DNA of 64,000 nucleotides from Octopus vulgaris (lineage: Eukaryota): positions 21,886,001 through 21,950,000 of the forward strand of contig OX597834.1 in NCBI GenBank assembly GCA_951406725.2. Reading direction: 5' to 3'. Numbering within the stretch: position 1 is the first letter of the stretch; every line of letters starts with the position of its first letter. A program made the translations under genes and the position numbers. Positions 1 to 13,712 of the stretch are shown piece by piece. A model generated the notes under the pieces. It ran no database searches, was not told the origin of the DNA, and worked only from the letters and a program-made list of their open reading frames with translations.

Positions 1-152
1 CATAACTTAGCAGCTTGGCAAAAGTGACCAATAGAATTAAGTGCAAGGCTTAAAACAAAATAAGTCCTGGGGTCAATTCTTGAAGGTGGTGCCCCAGCAT
101 GGCCACAGTCCAATGACTGATCAGATCAGTAAAAGATCAGATAAAAGATAAG
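1..152 (+). mobile_element. SINE family A, 3' part (truncated by window edge)
   Basis: Matches the 3' half of full copies (taacttagc...aataagtcctggggtc...gcatggccacagtc..atgactga...taaaagat). Confidence 0.75.
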
Positions 153-581
153 ACACATGTTGTGAAGTTTCAGGTCAGCCATCAGAGATGCAGATCTTTG
201 GCGGAACAAAGGCGCTCCAGCCATGACCATCCCCATCTCCTCAGACTACTTTATCCGATGTGTTCCTCATACCCATCCACTCCCCTCCCCCATTTCTTTC
301 CAATCGTGATGGTTAGTTACAATTTGAGTGAACATTTTACACTGTTCTTACAAGTACGATCCAAACATTTATAGATTTTTATTGCTAAAACTGGCAGCGT
401 TTGGCCATGTTCTAATCTATGTATCTGTGTCTGTGGACATGCGTGCACATATGTGTACGTGTGTGTGTGATTTAAGTATGTATGTGTGTATGTTTTTGGT
501 AAATACATCATTATATCTTGTCAGAAATTTTCTTTTTACCCCCCTCCTCCCTCGCTCTATGCATGCATTATGTATACTTAT

Positions 582-632
<51 letters not shown>

Positions 633-792
633 CACTCATAAACACGAATAAATTGTTAACAGCTAAGATATATGTACATATATTTTTTTAGATTTACACA
701 TAAATATGCTTGGTTCAATAACTAATGTTGCCTGCATTTTTCAATTGCAAATTTTTAACTAGAGATTTTATCAAGCTTTCCATCTTAACTGG

Positions 793-829
<37 letters not shown>

Positions 830-1452
830 CAGAGTTAAAATCCAAGTTGTGTTCTTCTCTTGAAGCCTATCTGCTTATTCCAGTATTCTAAATCCATATG
901 CAGAATGTCATATTTGTGTGAAGCATGCATAATAGTTAGAAAATACTGGAAAATGTTTTCTGCAGAGTAGTAATATCGAAACAAGAGATTGGAAAATTTT
1001 TTTGGCATTATTTATTCACCATTACACGTGTTTCAATTTGCTGCTGTTTAAGTTCAAATCCCATCAAAGCCAATAATGCCATTTTCTTTTCTTTCGGCGG
1101 GGCATTGATAAGAAAGTCACAATCCAGTTGTAGAGGAGGAAAGGATTGGCAGAAGTGTTAGATCATCAGATGAGATGGTGTTTGTTTCAACTCCCTGTAG
1201 TCTGAGTTCAAATCCAACTAATATCAATTTTGCCTTTTTATTTTTTATATTTGGGGAGTCAGTAAGCAAAATACAATCCAGAGATAGAAAATCAGACCAG
1301 ATACCTTGTGGTGTTTGCTCATGGATCTTTCCATTCATACAGTAGTGCCTGCAATGGTACTGATACTAAGCTGTATTGGTGCTAAGGCAGTGGTACCACA
1401 CTGGTGCTGGTATCATGTAAAAAAATGTTCCCCATGAAAAGGATCCATTATA

Positions 1453-1965
1453 CTCTGTAAAGAGGTTGGCATTTGGAAGGACATCCATGCCAAAGCAGAC
1501 CTCATTGGTACCAGTTCCCCATAAAGAACACCCAGTCCACTCTGTAAAGGGGTTGGCATTTGGAAGGACATCCATCTATAAAACCATGCCAAAGCAGACC
1601 TCACTGGTACCAGTTCCCCATAAAGAACACCTAGTCCACTCTGTAAAGGGGTTGGCATTTGGAAGGGCATTCAGCCATAAAAACCATGCCAAAAGCAGAC
1701 CTCGATGGGGCTGGTGCCACATAAAAGGCTCTCAGTCTACCCTGTAAAGTGGTTGGTGTTAAGAAGGGTATCCAGCTGTAAAAACCTTGCCAAATCATAC
1801 CTCACCAGTTCTCGTTCCCCATAAAAAGCAGCCAGTCCACTCAGTAAAGTGATTGGTGTTAAAAAGGGCAACAAGCCATAAAAAAAAACTGTGCCAAAAC
1901 AATAGATCTTGACACAGTCCTCTAACCCATGCCAGCATGGAAAATGGACGTTAAGCAATGAGGAT
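1453..1965 (+). repeat. Degenerate tandem array (~5 x 88-100 bp) derived from the family C / RTE 3' UTR body, ending in the family C tail
   Basis: Unit tctgtaaaggggttggcatttggaagg...atgccaaagcagacctca.tggtaccagttccccataaagaacac recurs near 1454, 1541 and 1640, more diverged at 1741 and 1841. It is followed by ccatgccagcatggaaaatggacgttaa. Confidence 0.75.
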
Positions 1966-2078
1966 CAAAGAAGAGAGGCTACTACTGGTCTTCTACCAGA
2001 CATCCTTGACCAGGGTTGCCCACGACAATGCAGAACCATGGTCAACAATGACAGACAGGATCCTGTCTGTATCGTTCC

Positions 2079-2837
2079 TATAAACAAGTGCCTGTCCAAC
2101 AGTGATTGCATCATCCATACTCTCAACAATGCGCCCTTAAATATGGTTTCTGATTACAAATATCTTGGGTCATACATATCATCATCTGGAAAAGATTTTC
2201 TAACTAGAAAGGGTATGGCCTGGTCAGCCTGTAATGACATGCATAAGATCTGGTCATCAAATCAAGTAGAGACTTCAAACTTGAAATCTTCAATGCCACA
2301 GTCGAACCAATTCTACTATATGGCTCAGAAACCTGGACATTATCAAAGAAGCTTGAGAGGCGGCTGGATGGAACCTACACTCGCCTTCTTATGAGAGCTC
2401 AAAATCTCTTGTGGAAGCCTCATCCAACCAAAATGCAAATATATGGGAAACTACCACCTGTGTCATCTCTTGTGAAAGGTAGGAGAGTCCAGTTTGCTGG
2501 ACATTGTTGTAGAGCTGAAAACGAGGCAATTTCTACTCTTCCCCTCTGGAAGCCATCTACTCACAATACCAGAGGGTGCATTATTTATTCACCATTACAC
2601 GTGTTTCAATTCACTGCTGTTTAAGTTCAAATCCCATCAAAGCCAATAATGCTATTTTCTTTTCTTTCGGGGGGCATTGATAAGAAAGTCACATTCCAGT
2701 TGTAGAGGTGGAAAGGATTGGCAGAAGTGTTAGATCTCCAGGGAAACAGGACCTCCGTAATGCTATGATGGACCGTGAAGTCTGGCGTAGCATGGTAAAT
2801 TCCATTGTCTCGACCACGGTCAAACAATGATGATGAT
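2079..2837 (+). mobile_element. Non-LTR retrotransposon (RTE-like) RT C-terminal fragment, frameshifted and interrupted
   Basis: Translates to VSDYKYLGSYI..RKGMAWSACNDMHKIW / ATVEPILLYGSETWTL..LDGTYTRLLMRAQN..RRVQFAGHCCR. After the 2578-2736 insertion it reads QDLRNAMMDREVWRSMVNSIVSTTVKQ* followed by a (tga)n tail. Confidence 0.85.
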
Positions 2838-3348
2838 CGTTCCTATTGTCATCATGGTCATCATTGTTTTATGCCTGGTTAAACAGCATCTCACAGCTTC
2901 TTGCCTCCTGTCACTGTCGGAGATTATCTTAGAATCTCAGAGTAAATCTCTTCTCTTAGTCATTGCATTTGGCACCGGTTTTGGCACCATTTCACACTCA
3001 CGCTGTGTTTATGTATATACGTGTGTGTGTGTGTGTGTATGTGTGTATATAATGTATATATGCATGTGTGTATATACTGCATGTATATCTGTTATATATG
3101 TACATATATATATGTGTATATATGTGTGTGTGTATACATATATATATATATTGTATATATATATATGTATATTTAGATATATTTTTTTATTTCATTTTAT
3201 CTAGTTTCAGCTCATGAGCTGTGGCCATGCTGGGGCACCGCCATTTGCTGGGGCACCGCCATTTTAGTATATATTTTAGTGTATATTTTAGTATATATTT
3301 TAGTGTATATTTAGTATATATGTATATATACTTACACATATGCATGCA

Positions 3349-3389
<41 letters not shown>

Positions 3390-4172
3390 ATATTACTCTC
3401 TCACACACATAATACACCTTCATTTATACACACACACACACACATATATATATATAAACATATATTTAAATTCATTTTACTTACCCCCTTCCTCTCTATC
3501 CCATCCCTACACCCCCTCTCTCTTAGCCTCCCCCTCTCGCTCTTAGCCTCCTCCCCCTCTCCCTCCCTCCCTCCCTCATTACTGATCGTTCAGCAAGATA
3601 ATCCTGACTTTCCCTGTGTTTAGCCTCCTTTCAATCTAGAGATCAACAAGTTAGGCTTCTGTCTGTCTGTATGTCTGTATGTATATATATATATGCATGT
3701 ATGTATGTATGTATATATTTATGTATGTATATATATATATATATATGCATGTATGTATGTATGTATGTATGTATTTATGTATGTATGTATGTATGTATGT
3801 ATGTATGTGTGTGTGTGTGTGTGTGTGCATGTGTTTGCATAAGTAAGACTGGTAGCGTGTATATGTGTGTTAGTGTGTGTGTGAGCAGGTATGTGAGTAT
3901 ATGTATGTGTGTGCCCAAGTAAGTGTGTGTGTGTGTTAGTGTATGATAATCCTTTTAGGAGAGTTTATTCTCTTGAATGGATATTTTCTCAAGTGTTTCC
4001 GGGGTTCAATAAAACCTGTAACTATTGGGGGAATGTGTGTATGTGTGTGTGTATGCTTATATGCGTATTTGCATGTGGGAGTTTGCTCATGTGAGTGTAT
4101 GCATATACATGACTTTTTATGTGTGTGTGTGTGCATGTGTATATTATCATGTTTCTTTATATGTGTGTATGC

Positions 4173-4225
<53 letters not shown>

Positions 4226-4324
4226 TCAATATGTGTATGTGCATGTGTTTGTCTATGTGGGTACATGTATATATGTGTATGTGTATATATATATATTTGT
4301 ATGTGTGTGTATGCATATCTGTAC

Positions 4325-4385
<61 letters not shown>

Positions 4386-4809
4386 TATATATGCATGTAC
4401 GTATATATACATGTATGTCTTGATATGTATATGTGCATGTTTGTCTGTATGTGTATATGCATACACGTCTTTGTGCATGTGTGTGTGTGTGTGTGTGCAT
4501 ATGTGTGTGGGTGGGAGACTGAATATATCCGCTCTAATCCCCTTCTCTAAGCCTGCTCTACTTATTCCTTTGCAAATTCCACCCTAACCCCTACCACCTC
4601 TAACTTTGCATTTTTTCCACACGCATGCATTATTTCAGAAATACAGAAGTGTGTACATATATACATATATATGTGTGTATGCGTCTGTGTTTACATATAT
4701 ATATATATATTCCCCAGACGCAGCTATATATATATATATATAGCATGGCCGCGGCCTTCAGGCTAAAACATTTTTAAGGATTTTAAGGATATATATATAA
4801 ATTCATGTA

Positions 4810-5010
4810 TTTTTATTGTTTCAGTCATTTGACTGTGGCCATGCTGGGGCACCACCTTTAGTCAAGCAAATCGACCCCAGGACTTTTTCTTTGTAAGCGT
4901 AGTACTTATTCTATCGGATCTCTTTTGCTGAACTGCTAAGTTATGAGGACGTAAACACACCAGCATCGGTTGTCAAGCAATGTTGGAAGGGGACAAACAT
5001 ACACACGCAC
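4810..5010 (-). mobile_element. SINE family A, 3' part
   Basis: ttgtttcagtcatttgactgtggccatgctggggcacc...cagcatcggttgtcaagc matches the reverse complement of full copies. Confidence 0.8.
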
Positions 5011-5312
5011 ACACACACATACATATATATACATATATATATATATATACATACATACATACATACATACATACAACAGCCAGGTGTAGAAACTATGCCA
5101 AAACAGATGACTACAGCCTGGTGCTGCCCTCTGGCCTGACAGCTCCTATCACATAATGCAATCCATGCCAGCATGGAAAACGGAGACTAAATGATGACAG
5201 TGATGACAATAAATACAATTCTCTGTGAGTGAATTTGGTGACTGGAATCAATATGAAGACCAGTATTTAGGTACATGTACCAAAATGAGAATCATGATTT
5301 TATACATATATA

Positions 5313-5715
5313 CATCATCATCATCGTTTAACATCCATTTTCCATGCTGGCATGGGTTGAACGGTTTAACTGGGTCTGGGAAGCCAGGAGGCTGCATCAG
5401 GCTCCAATCTGATCTGGCAATGTTTCTACAGCTGAATGCCCTTCCTAATGCCAACCACTCCAAGTGTGTAGTGGGTGCTTTTTACATTCCACTGGCACAG
5501 GGGCCAGAGTGGGGTGGCAACGACCATGATTGGTTGGTGCTTTTTACATGCCACTGACACAGGGGCCAGAGTGGGGTGGCAACGACCATGATTGATTGGT
5601 GCTTTTTACGTGCCACTGGCACGGAAGCCAGTTGAAGCGGCGTCGGTATCTGCCATGTTCTGATGGTGCTTTTTACATGCCACTGGCACAGGGATCACAG
5701 CTACAATTTCCATTT
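5313..5715 (-). mobile_element. Family C element (RTE 3' UTR-like) with internal ~60-bp repeats
   Basis: (cat)n cgtttaac...ttccatgctggcatgggttg...gcccttcctaatgccaaccactc...ggtgctttttac.tgccactggcac repeated ~4 times; homologous to 20640-21002. Confidence 0.8.
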
Positions 5716-5734
5716 GAAAATATGTATGTATGTG

Positions 5735-6078
5735 CGAGTGGGACATTAAAAGGACCTTTCGAGTGTTGGGCCCCATGGAGGCAGTGACAAATGTCTGAGA
5801 CCTTCGGGCATTATGCCTGCTTGAGAAGAAAACCCATCAAACCAAGTGGAATCGTAGTTGTGGCAGATACTGGTGTCACACAACTGGCACCCATGCCGGT
5901 GGGATGTAAAAGCTGCCCACTACACTCTCAGAGTGGTTGGCATTAGGAACCGTGTCCAGCTGTAGAAACCAAGCCAAAATCAGACTGGAACCTGGTGAAG
6001 CTCTGCTACTTATCAGTTCCAGTCAAACTGTCTAACTCATGCCAACATGGAAAGCAGACGTTAAATAATGATGATGAT
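5735..6078 (+). mobile_element. Family C element (different 5' portion), ending in (gat)n
   Basis: cccactacactctcagagtggttggcattagg...tcatgccaacatggaaagcagacgttaaataatgatgatgat. Confidence 0.7.
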
Positions 6079-6095
6079 AGATGTGTGTGTGTGTG

Positions 6096-6129
<34 letters not shown>

Positions 6130-6131
<2 letters not shown>

Positions 6132-6530
6132 CGCAGGAGTGGCTGTGTGGTAAGTAGCTTGCTTACCAACCACATGGTTCCAGGTTCATTCCCTCTGCGT
6201 AGCACCATGGGCAAGTGTCTTCTACTATAGCCTCGGGCCGACCAAAGTCTTTTGAGTGGATTTGGTAGACAGAAGCTGGAAGAAGCCCGTCGTATATATG
6301 TATATATATATGTATGTGTGTATGTGTTTGTGTGTCTGTGTTTGTCCTCCTAGCATTGCTTGACAACCGATGGTGGTCTGTTTACGTCCCCATAACTTAG
6401 CGGTTCAGCAAAAGAGGTTGATAGAATAAGTACTAGGCTTACAAAGAATAAGTCCTGAGATCGATTTACTCGACTAAAGGTGGTGCTCCAGCATGGCTGC
6501 AGTCAAATGACTGAAACAAGTAAAAGAGTA
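6130..6530 (+). mobile_element. SINE family A, full length (tRNA-derived head, internal TA/TG microsatellite)
   Basis: Head ggcgcaggagtggctgtgtggtaag with A-box-like tggctgtgtgg and B-box-like ggttcattccc. Tail atgactgaaacaagtaaaagag. Near-identical to many copies in the window. Confidence 0.9.
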
Positions 6531-6786
6531 TATGTATATATAGCTAGATAGATAGATAAATTTATATATAGTTGAAGTTTATAGAAAAACAAAAGACGAA
6601 GACAGGTGTATGATCAACTGATTCTGACTGAACTTCCTACTGTTTAGACTTGCATCTCTGAACCACTTCCTGAACTTTCAGCACCTCTCCTCATCCACAT
6701 ACCAACACACCACCCAGATTACCATTGGATCTACTCGCTCTAACTTCACAGACTTCACTGGATTTTTTCATTGATATATATGTGTG

Positions 6787-6859
<73 letters not shown>

Positions 6860-7187
6860 ATGTATAGTATTTATTTCTTTGTATATAGTGTAGGTTTAAG
6901 TTAGGAGATACTAAAATATTCAGTAACATTTTATGTAAGTAGGTATTTGTGTCTATATATGTGTTTATGTGTGTGCAAAGTCTTCTTATGTTTGCTCATC
7001 TGTATATGTGTGTGTGTGAATATATGTATGTATGTATATATGCTGGCCGAAAGCTAGATAAATATCTCTTTTATTTATTATTAATCTGTCTTTAAATGTA
7101 GAAATTAATTGGGTAGAACAAATAAATTAGATATCCTACAAATTAGAAAATTTCCCGAAACAAACACATCAATTGTTAGACTGTGTG

Positions 7188-7236
<49 letters not shown>

Positions 7237-7407
7237 ATATGGAGATGTCTTTCAGTAGGGTTGTATGTGTATATACACTGACTGTATATTGTGCTCACAA
7301 AACCACGTACGCACACAAACAGGTCTATACATATATATACACAAACACAAAGCTAATGATTTCTCTTAAGGCCTCCTTATTGATATTCTAGACACGTGTG
7401 TATGGGA

Positions 7408-7454
<47 letters not shown>

Positions 7455-7518
7455 CATATATGTGTGTATTTATATAAACACACAAATATGTACCTATATG
7501 TCTGAGTGTGTGTGTGTG

Positions 7519-7561
<43 letters not shown>

Positions 7562-8399
7562 GCACACACACATACATATGTATAACAGTGACACACATAA
7601 GCAACTCTAGTAGTGTATGTATTTGTGTGTCTGTATGTGTGTCTATACACCCATGCACACAAGTATACACCACTGAATATAAGATAAGCTATTGAGCGTG
7701 CCAACTAATAACCTGGAGATTTCTCTTTGTAATTCTGTTTGGATACCAAGTCCTCGCGGAGGAGACTGATGACGGAAACAAAACAGAACTATAACCTGTT
7801 TATCTCGATGACCTACTAAAAGGAAACGGAGATGGCCAAGTAGGCTAAAACATACATATTTATCTCCTCAAGGGTCACAGGTTCAATACCATTGCTCTCC
7901 TATTTCATGATATTTCTCAAGAGGACACTTTACTTAGTTTGCCTGACTTTTAGGTCTTGCAGCATGGTTACAGGAAATTTCACCGCAAATATTTTTGCTT
8001 TAGATAATTTCATGTACAATGGCCTTATTATCATCATCATTTAATGTCTGTTTTCCATGCCGGCATGGGTTAGACAGTTTGTCAGGTGCTAGCAAACCAG
8101 AAGACTACACCATGCTTTGCTATCTGTTTTGGCACGTTTTCTTCAGCTGGATGCCCTTCCTAATACCAACCACCTTATACATTATTTCAGTGTTTGATGT
8201 TGAATAAAAACTTTAATGTTTTTATAAAACTTTTTATCATTCTTTTTGCTTTTTACTTTAAAACTTGCTGATATAATGTACTTACAACAAATTTTCTTAA
8301 TTGGTGAAATTTCTTGGGGGGAATTTTCCAGACACAATGCTCATTTGCTTGCTTCATGCTCTTTGCTTGAAAAGGTAGGGACATCCCAACTTATTGGCC

Positions 8400-8910
8400 C
8401 CAGAGGCATCGTCAAGTGTAGATTCGACCAGGTCCACCAGTGCTCTTTATTGCTGGCAGTCCTGTGCCAGACCCACTGCATCCCCTAAGGTGATGTAAAG
8501 CCTCTGAAGGCCTTCCCCAAGCATGACCAACCATCTGGTGTGGGGCCTGCCTCAAGGCCTCTTCCAGCCTGCAGCAGCCGCGTCGAATGCGAGAAAAGCC
8601 CTAGTAGGATGATTTGGCAGGAGATGAAGGACATGTCCATACCTATTTCTTTACTACCCAGAAGGGGCTAAACACAGAGAGGACAAACAAGGACAGACAT
8701 AGGTATTAAGTCGATTATATCGACCCCAGTGCATAACTGGTTCTTATTTAATCGACCCCAAAAGGATGAAAGACAAAGTCGACCTTAGCGGAATTTGGAC
8801 TCAGACGAAATACTGCTAAGCATTTCGCCCTGCATGCTAACGATTCTGCCAGCTCGCCACCTTATGATGTCCATGTGATGGATAGACATGGCTTATTCTT
8901 GTTGAGGAGT
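8400..8910 (-). mobile_element. Decayed RTE-clade LINE ORF C-terminus, interrupted by a family B SINE
   Basis: Minus strand reads GHVLHLLPNHPTRAFLAFDAAAAGWKRP*GRPHTRWLVMLGEGLQRLYITLGDAVGLAQDCQQ*RALVDLV, matching the RTE GHVxR...RPRGRPxxRW...AQDRxxWR motifs. Confidence 0.75.
8641..8864 (-). mobile_element. SINE family B (tail type 1) with candidate 8-bp TSD ATGTCCAT
   Basis: Reverse complement starts aaggtggcgagctggcagaatcgttagc and ends gggtagtaaagaaatagg. ATGTCCAT occurs at 8633-8640 and 8867-8874. Confidence 0.85.
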
Positions 8911-9546
8911 AGAAATAAAATGAGGCACCAGTGAAGGCTGGGGTTGGTTTATATTCTTATAATACAGTCTGATATCCTTGATGCAAATGGATTTTAACCC
9001 TCTCAGACCTGGGCCCCTGTGTCTTGCTTTAACCTTCACCTGGGTTCCCAAGCAAAAAAATAAATAGTTGCATATACAGTGAGAAATAACAGCCAAATCA
9101 CCTTTAAATCACGTTCAATGATATTTAAAAAAAGAAAAAATCTGAGTTCACATTGAATACTATAGTCCTTGATGCACAATGCTTGAATAAAAGCCAGGCT
9201 GGAATCCTAAAACTGCTTGATCAAGAATGACCTGAGACTAAACTACAATGAAGGCATAACTAAGCCAAGAACCTCTAAGTGGTTATCTGATCTGTTAGAA
9301 ATAGCAGCCAATTCATCCTTAAATTACATTTGACTACCTTATAAAAAAATCAACTTCTTACCAAATAATTTGTCTTAGATATACAATGCCTGGATAAAAG
9401 CCAGGTTTGAATTATAAGCCTGCTTCATTAGGAATGGCCGAGGACTAAACAACAGCAACACCAGCAACAACAATAAAAACAATGCTCTTTACAAAGGGGT
9501 TTTTTTCCCCCTTAATTTTCACGCCTTCTCTGATATTGTTTTTTAG

Positions 9547-9651
9547 AGCTTTGAGTGCCATAAAAGCATCCTCTTTAGTCAGAAATTTGGTCGTACAACA
9601 ACCTGTTCCTTGCATGAAGAATTGGCACATATTCACAAGAACCCTCAAGAG
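9547..9651 (+). CDS. Candidate internal coding exon (105 nt, phase 0-0), host gene unidentified
   Basis: Acceptor ttgttttttAG. Open frame SFECHKSILFSQKFGRTTTCSLHEELAHIHKNPQE. Weak donor GAG|gtggag. Complex non-repetitive island. Confidence 0.4.
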
Positions 9652-9799
9652 GTGGAGAGTTTGTACGGCTCTGTTTTATTTCACAAGTGGAATCATTAAA
9701 AAAACCAACCCTTCTCCTTTTCCTCCTCTTCATCATCATCATCACCAACATCATCATCGTCACCACCACCACCATCATTATTCTCACTACTACTATTAC

Positions 9800-9842
<43 letters not shown>

Positions 9843-9902
9843 GGAAGTGGTTCCATTAGGTTGGTCATAATGTGTGAATTATTTCTATTGCCATTGAGCG
9901 AA

Positions 9903-9934
<32 letters not shown>

Positions 9935-10301
9935 GAAAGGAAAATGGTAGCATGGCTGCTACTGTCTCTGAGGAATGTAATAAGATATCTTGGTTGGTTA
10001 GGTTAAGTTTTACTCTTTGATGTGTGTGTATGTGTTCTACTTTCGTTTCATGCATGTATTTTAATGTGTGTGTGTATGTGTATGCTATTTCTGTTCTGTA
10101 TATTTTAATGTGTGTTTGTGTGTATGCTGTTTGTACTGTATGTTTTACTTATATGTATGTGTGTGTGTGTGATTGTGTATGTATATGTCTAAATACAATC
10201 ATGCATGTCACAGATTGTCCCTGTTGCAAGTGTGGGGGTCTGTATGTGTGTGTGTGTGTGTGTAAGTGTATGAATGTCTCTTTCTCTTTCTTTCTCTTTC
10301 T

Positions 10302-10487
10302 CTGCGGCCATGCTGGAGCACCGCCTTTAGTCGAGCAAATCGACCCCGGGACTTATTCTTTGTAAGCCCAGTACTTATACTATCGGTCTCTTTTGCTGAA
10401 CCTCTAAGTGACTGAGACATAAACACACCAGCATCGGTTGTCAGGCAATGCTTGGGGGACAAACACACACACACAAACACACACACA

Positions 10488-10533
<46 letters not shown>

Positions 10534-10700
10534 TACGACGGGCTTCTTTCAGTTTCCGTCTACCAAATCCACTCACAAGGCTTTGGTAGGCCCGAGGCTA
10601 TAGTAGAAGACACTTGCCCAAGGTGCCACGCAGTGGGACTGAACCCGGAACCAAGTGGTTGGTAAGCAAGCTACTTACCACACAGCCACTCCTGTGCCTA
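10302..10700 (-). mobile_element. SINE family A, near full length
   Basis: Reverse complement of the 6130-6530 type sequence. Confidence 0.9.
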
Positions 10701-11071
10701 CGTTTTACTTCTTCTGTGCAATGTATATGTATGTATATGAATTGTTACTCTGTACTTGTTCCTTCTGAAGTATGTGTTTGTGTGGGACATGTGTATGTAT
10801 TAATACAGGTGTGTATGTACCTGATACATCTTTTGTGGGAGTGGGGATGCAGGGATTACCGTGGAGAAGAAATTGGTCTTATGCTATGGGAGAAAGGGTT
10901 TAAGTATAAAAGAAGGGGTCAGGCCACAGATCAGGTGGATACATTCTTTGTACATTTACCAAATGATTTTGCCATCACTACTTCCTTAAATGCAGCAAAA
11001 TATAGACTTTACTGATGAGGCCATAATAAGGTTGGAATATATCCACTATTGTCTTCTACTCTTCTTTCTTT

Positions 11072-11483
11072 TTATCTTTTACTTGTTTCAGTCATTTGAC
11101 TGTGGCCATGCTGGAGCATTACATTCAAGGATTTTAATTGAACAGACTGACCCCAGTTCTTGTGTTTTGTTTTGCTTTTGTTTGTTTGTTTTTAAAGTCT
11201 GCTACTTATTTTATTTGTCTCTATTGCTAAACTGCTAGATTAGAGGGACATAAACAAACCAACACTTGTAGTCAAGCCACACATGTCAAACATGACAAAC
11301 AAACACACGCACACATATATGACAGTCTTCCACACAGTTTCCGTCTACCAAATCAACTTACAAGGCTTCGGTCAACCAAGGACAATAATAGAAGACACTT
11401 GCTCAAGGTGCCCCATAACGGAACTGAACTTGAAGCCACCTGATTGCAAAGCGAGCTTCTTAACCCCACAGCCATACCTGCAC
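11072..11483 (-). mobile_element. SINE family A, diverged copy
   Basis: ttacttgtttcagtcatttgactgtggccatgctggagca ... cagtttccgtctaccaaatc ... cacagccatacctgcac. Confidence 0.75.
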
Positions 11484-11704
11484 TAACTTTTTTGTTCCCC
11501 AACCTTTGCATAATTACTACTGGTTTGCATTTAATGTCCCTTTGCTTTGAATATTGCTTTCAAATTATGACCAAAGGCCAGGGATTTTGAGAGAAGGGGT
11601 AAGACAATTACGTTGTTCAACTGGTACTTGTTTTATAGACCCTGAAAGAATGAAATGCAAAGTTACCCTTGGTAGAATTTGAACTCAGAACGTGAAGAAC
11701 AGCA

Positions 11705-12020
11705 TGGCACATTGGCCAAATGTCTTCTATTATAGCCCCCAGGCTAACTAAACCCTTGTGAGTGCATTTTGTAGACAGAAATTGAAAGAAGCCCAACGTG
11801 TGTGTGTGTGTGTGATCCCGCTTGCATCTCTCTCCACCACCACTTGACAACCAGTGTTGGTTTGTTTGGATCCCTGTGACTTAGCAACTCAATAAAAGTA
11901 CCAGCCTTAAAAATAAAATAAGTACAGGGGTCAATTTGTTCAACTAAACCCTTCAAAGCATTGCCCTAGGACAGCCACAGTCCAATGTCTGAAACAAATA
12001 CAAAAGGTAAAAGATAAAAG
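11705..12020 (+). mobile_element. SINE family A, diverged, 5'-truncated
   Basis: tggcacattggccaaatgtcttctattatagcc...ccttgtgagtgcattttgtagacagaaattgaaagaagccc...gccacagtccaatgtctgaaacaa. Confidence 0.7.
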
Positions 12021-13712
12021 GACATACATTTACAAATGCAATACCATTACAAATGATGAGACCCATCATCAGCATTGAATCTTGGGGTTATTGTGTGTTT
12101 TAGGTCATACAACATACACCCACATCCAGGTGGAGACAATCTTGGTTGATGAAGCCTAGGCTTATGTCGAAGTAGCATTCTATTGACCTCCACCAATCAC
12201 CTCTCTTCAGCCAGAGCCATCTAGATGGTGAAATTTCTGTGTTAATTCAAACGAATTATATGTCCATGTCAGTAATTGCCCAGACCTTAATAGATAGCTC
12301 ATCCAACCTTGCTGCAACAAGCCATAGTTTGACAATGATTGGTCATTAAAGATAACGAGTGAGTTTGGTTAATTAATTACCCTGCTTCTTGCCTTAATCA
12401 GCAATGGATTTATGGTGAAATAAGTGACATGTATATAATACATTTCTGATTAAACCACCTTCCATGTCGTTCTATTTATTTCGTCAAAGAATGGTCTTAT
12501 TCTTTTCTCTGTCATGCGAAATGCCAAAGCAGTTTGATTGATGTGTTCATTATAAATGTGGGCCCTTTTACTTCATCCTACGCCTACTAAACACATTAGT
12601 ATTTCTCTCTAGGGTTCATTCATAGAATGGCTTTTAAGCTGGTATGACACTTGGTTGATTTTATTTTCATGTCCTTTACCAGAATATAGAAGAATTTACA
12701 TTGCTCGTAGAGAACTTCTTGGTGATATTTCAAGCGAAATTTGAGTTCTTACATCAGAAGATCTTCATTTGTGTTCTGTGATCAATTCTTGATGAGATCC
12801 ACTTCTCTTTTCACCCCATTGGTGCAGGTGTAGCAAGTAAAATGAATACCAGTCAGATACTGGGGTAGATGAAGTAAAATACAAGTATCCTAATGGTCAA
12901 AAGATACCTATACAAGAAGCAGATAACAGGACAAAACTAGTCTATTTTGTCCTTTTTGTCTTCTCTCCTGGTGCTGTATGAACATTTAATGTGGTTTTAG
13001 AGTCAAGTTTTGGCTGCTATTTCCAGCATAGAGGTATCTCTTAGATAGCCCAAATTATAATTTTATATATAGATATATATATATAGATATATATATATAG
13101 ATAGATATATATACATACATACATACATACGTACACACACATGTTTACACTACCCTAACACAAGTAGCACTCAGGATGATAGCACAGACACCTTACAGCC
13201 TGCAGCTATTGCAACTAAGATGGACTTAAGTCATAATCAATTTATATCTGTCAATAGTTTTCGGGAAATTAATCCTATGTTCTTTGGAGGTATTTTCCTG
13301 TATTTTTTTTCTTTTTCTTCTTTTACCATAATTCCAACTTTTCTTTCACACTTTTACAAATCTGCAAAAAAAAGATTCCAAAAAAGCAATTTAAAAAAAA
13401 AATCGATGCAGCTTAAAGACTTAGTTGTGTTTTCTGTTGTCTTTCATACTTTAATATCGGCCGATCACTGCTGCTCCAGGAAGAATTAGAAACAGTAATT
13501 CTACTTCCTTATTCTGTTTATCAGTCGTGGTTGCGAGGTCAAAAAGCTGGCTTTGCAACCACATGATCTTGGTTTCAGTCCCACCTTGGGCAAGTGTCTT
13601 CTACAACAACCCTGCACCAACCAATGCTTTTCAAGTGGGTTTGATAGGCAGAAACTGTATGGAAGACCATCATATATTTGTATGTATGTATGTGTGTGTG
13701 TGTGTATATATA

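Noticed and set aside
7760-7860. CTGATGA..GAAAC and a CCTACT/AGTAGG stem resembling hammerhead parts
   Set aside because: The core and stems cannot be assembled into one consistent fold.
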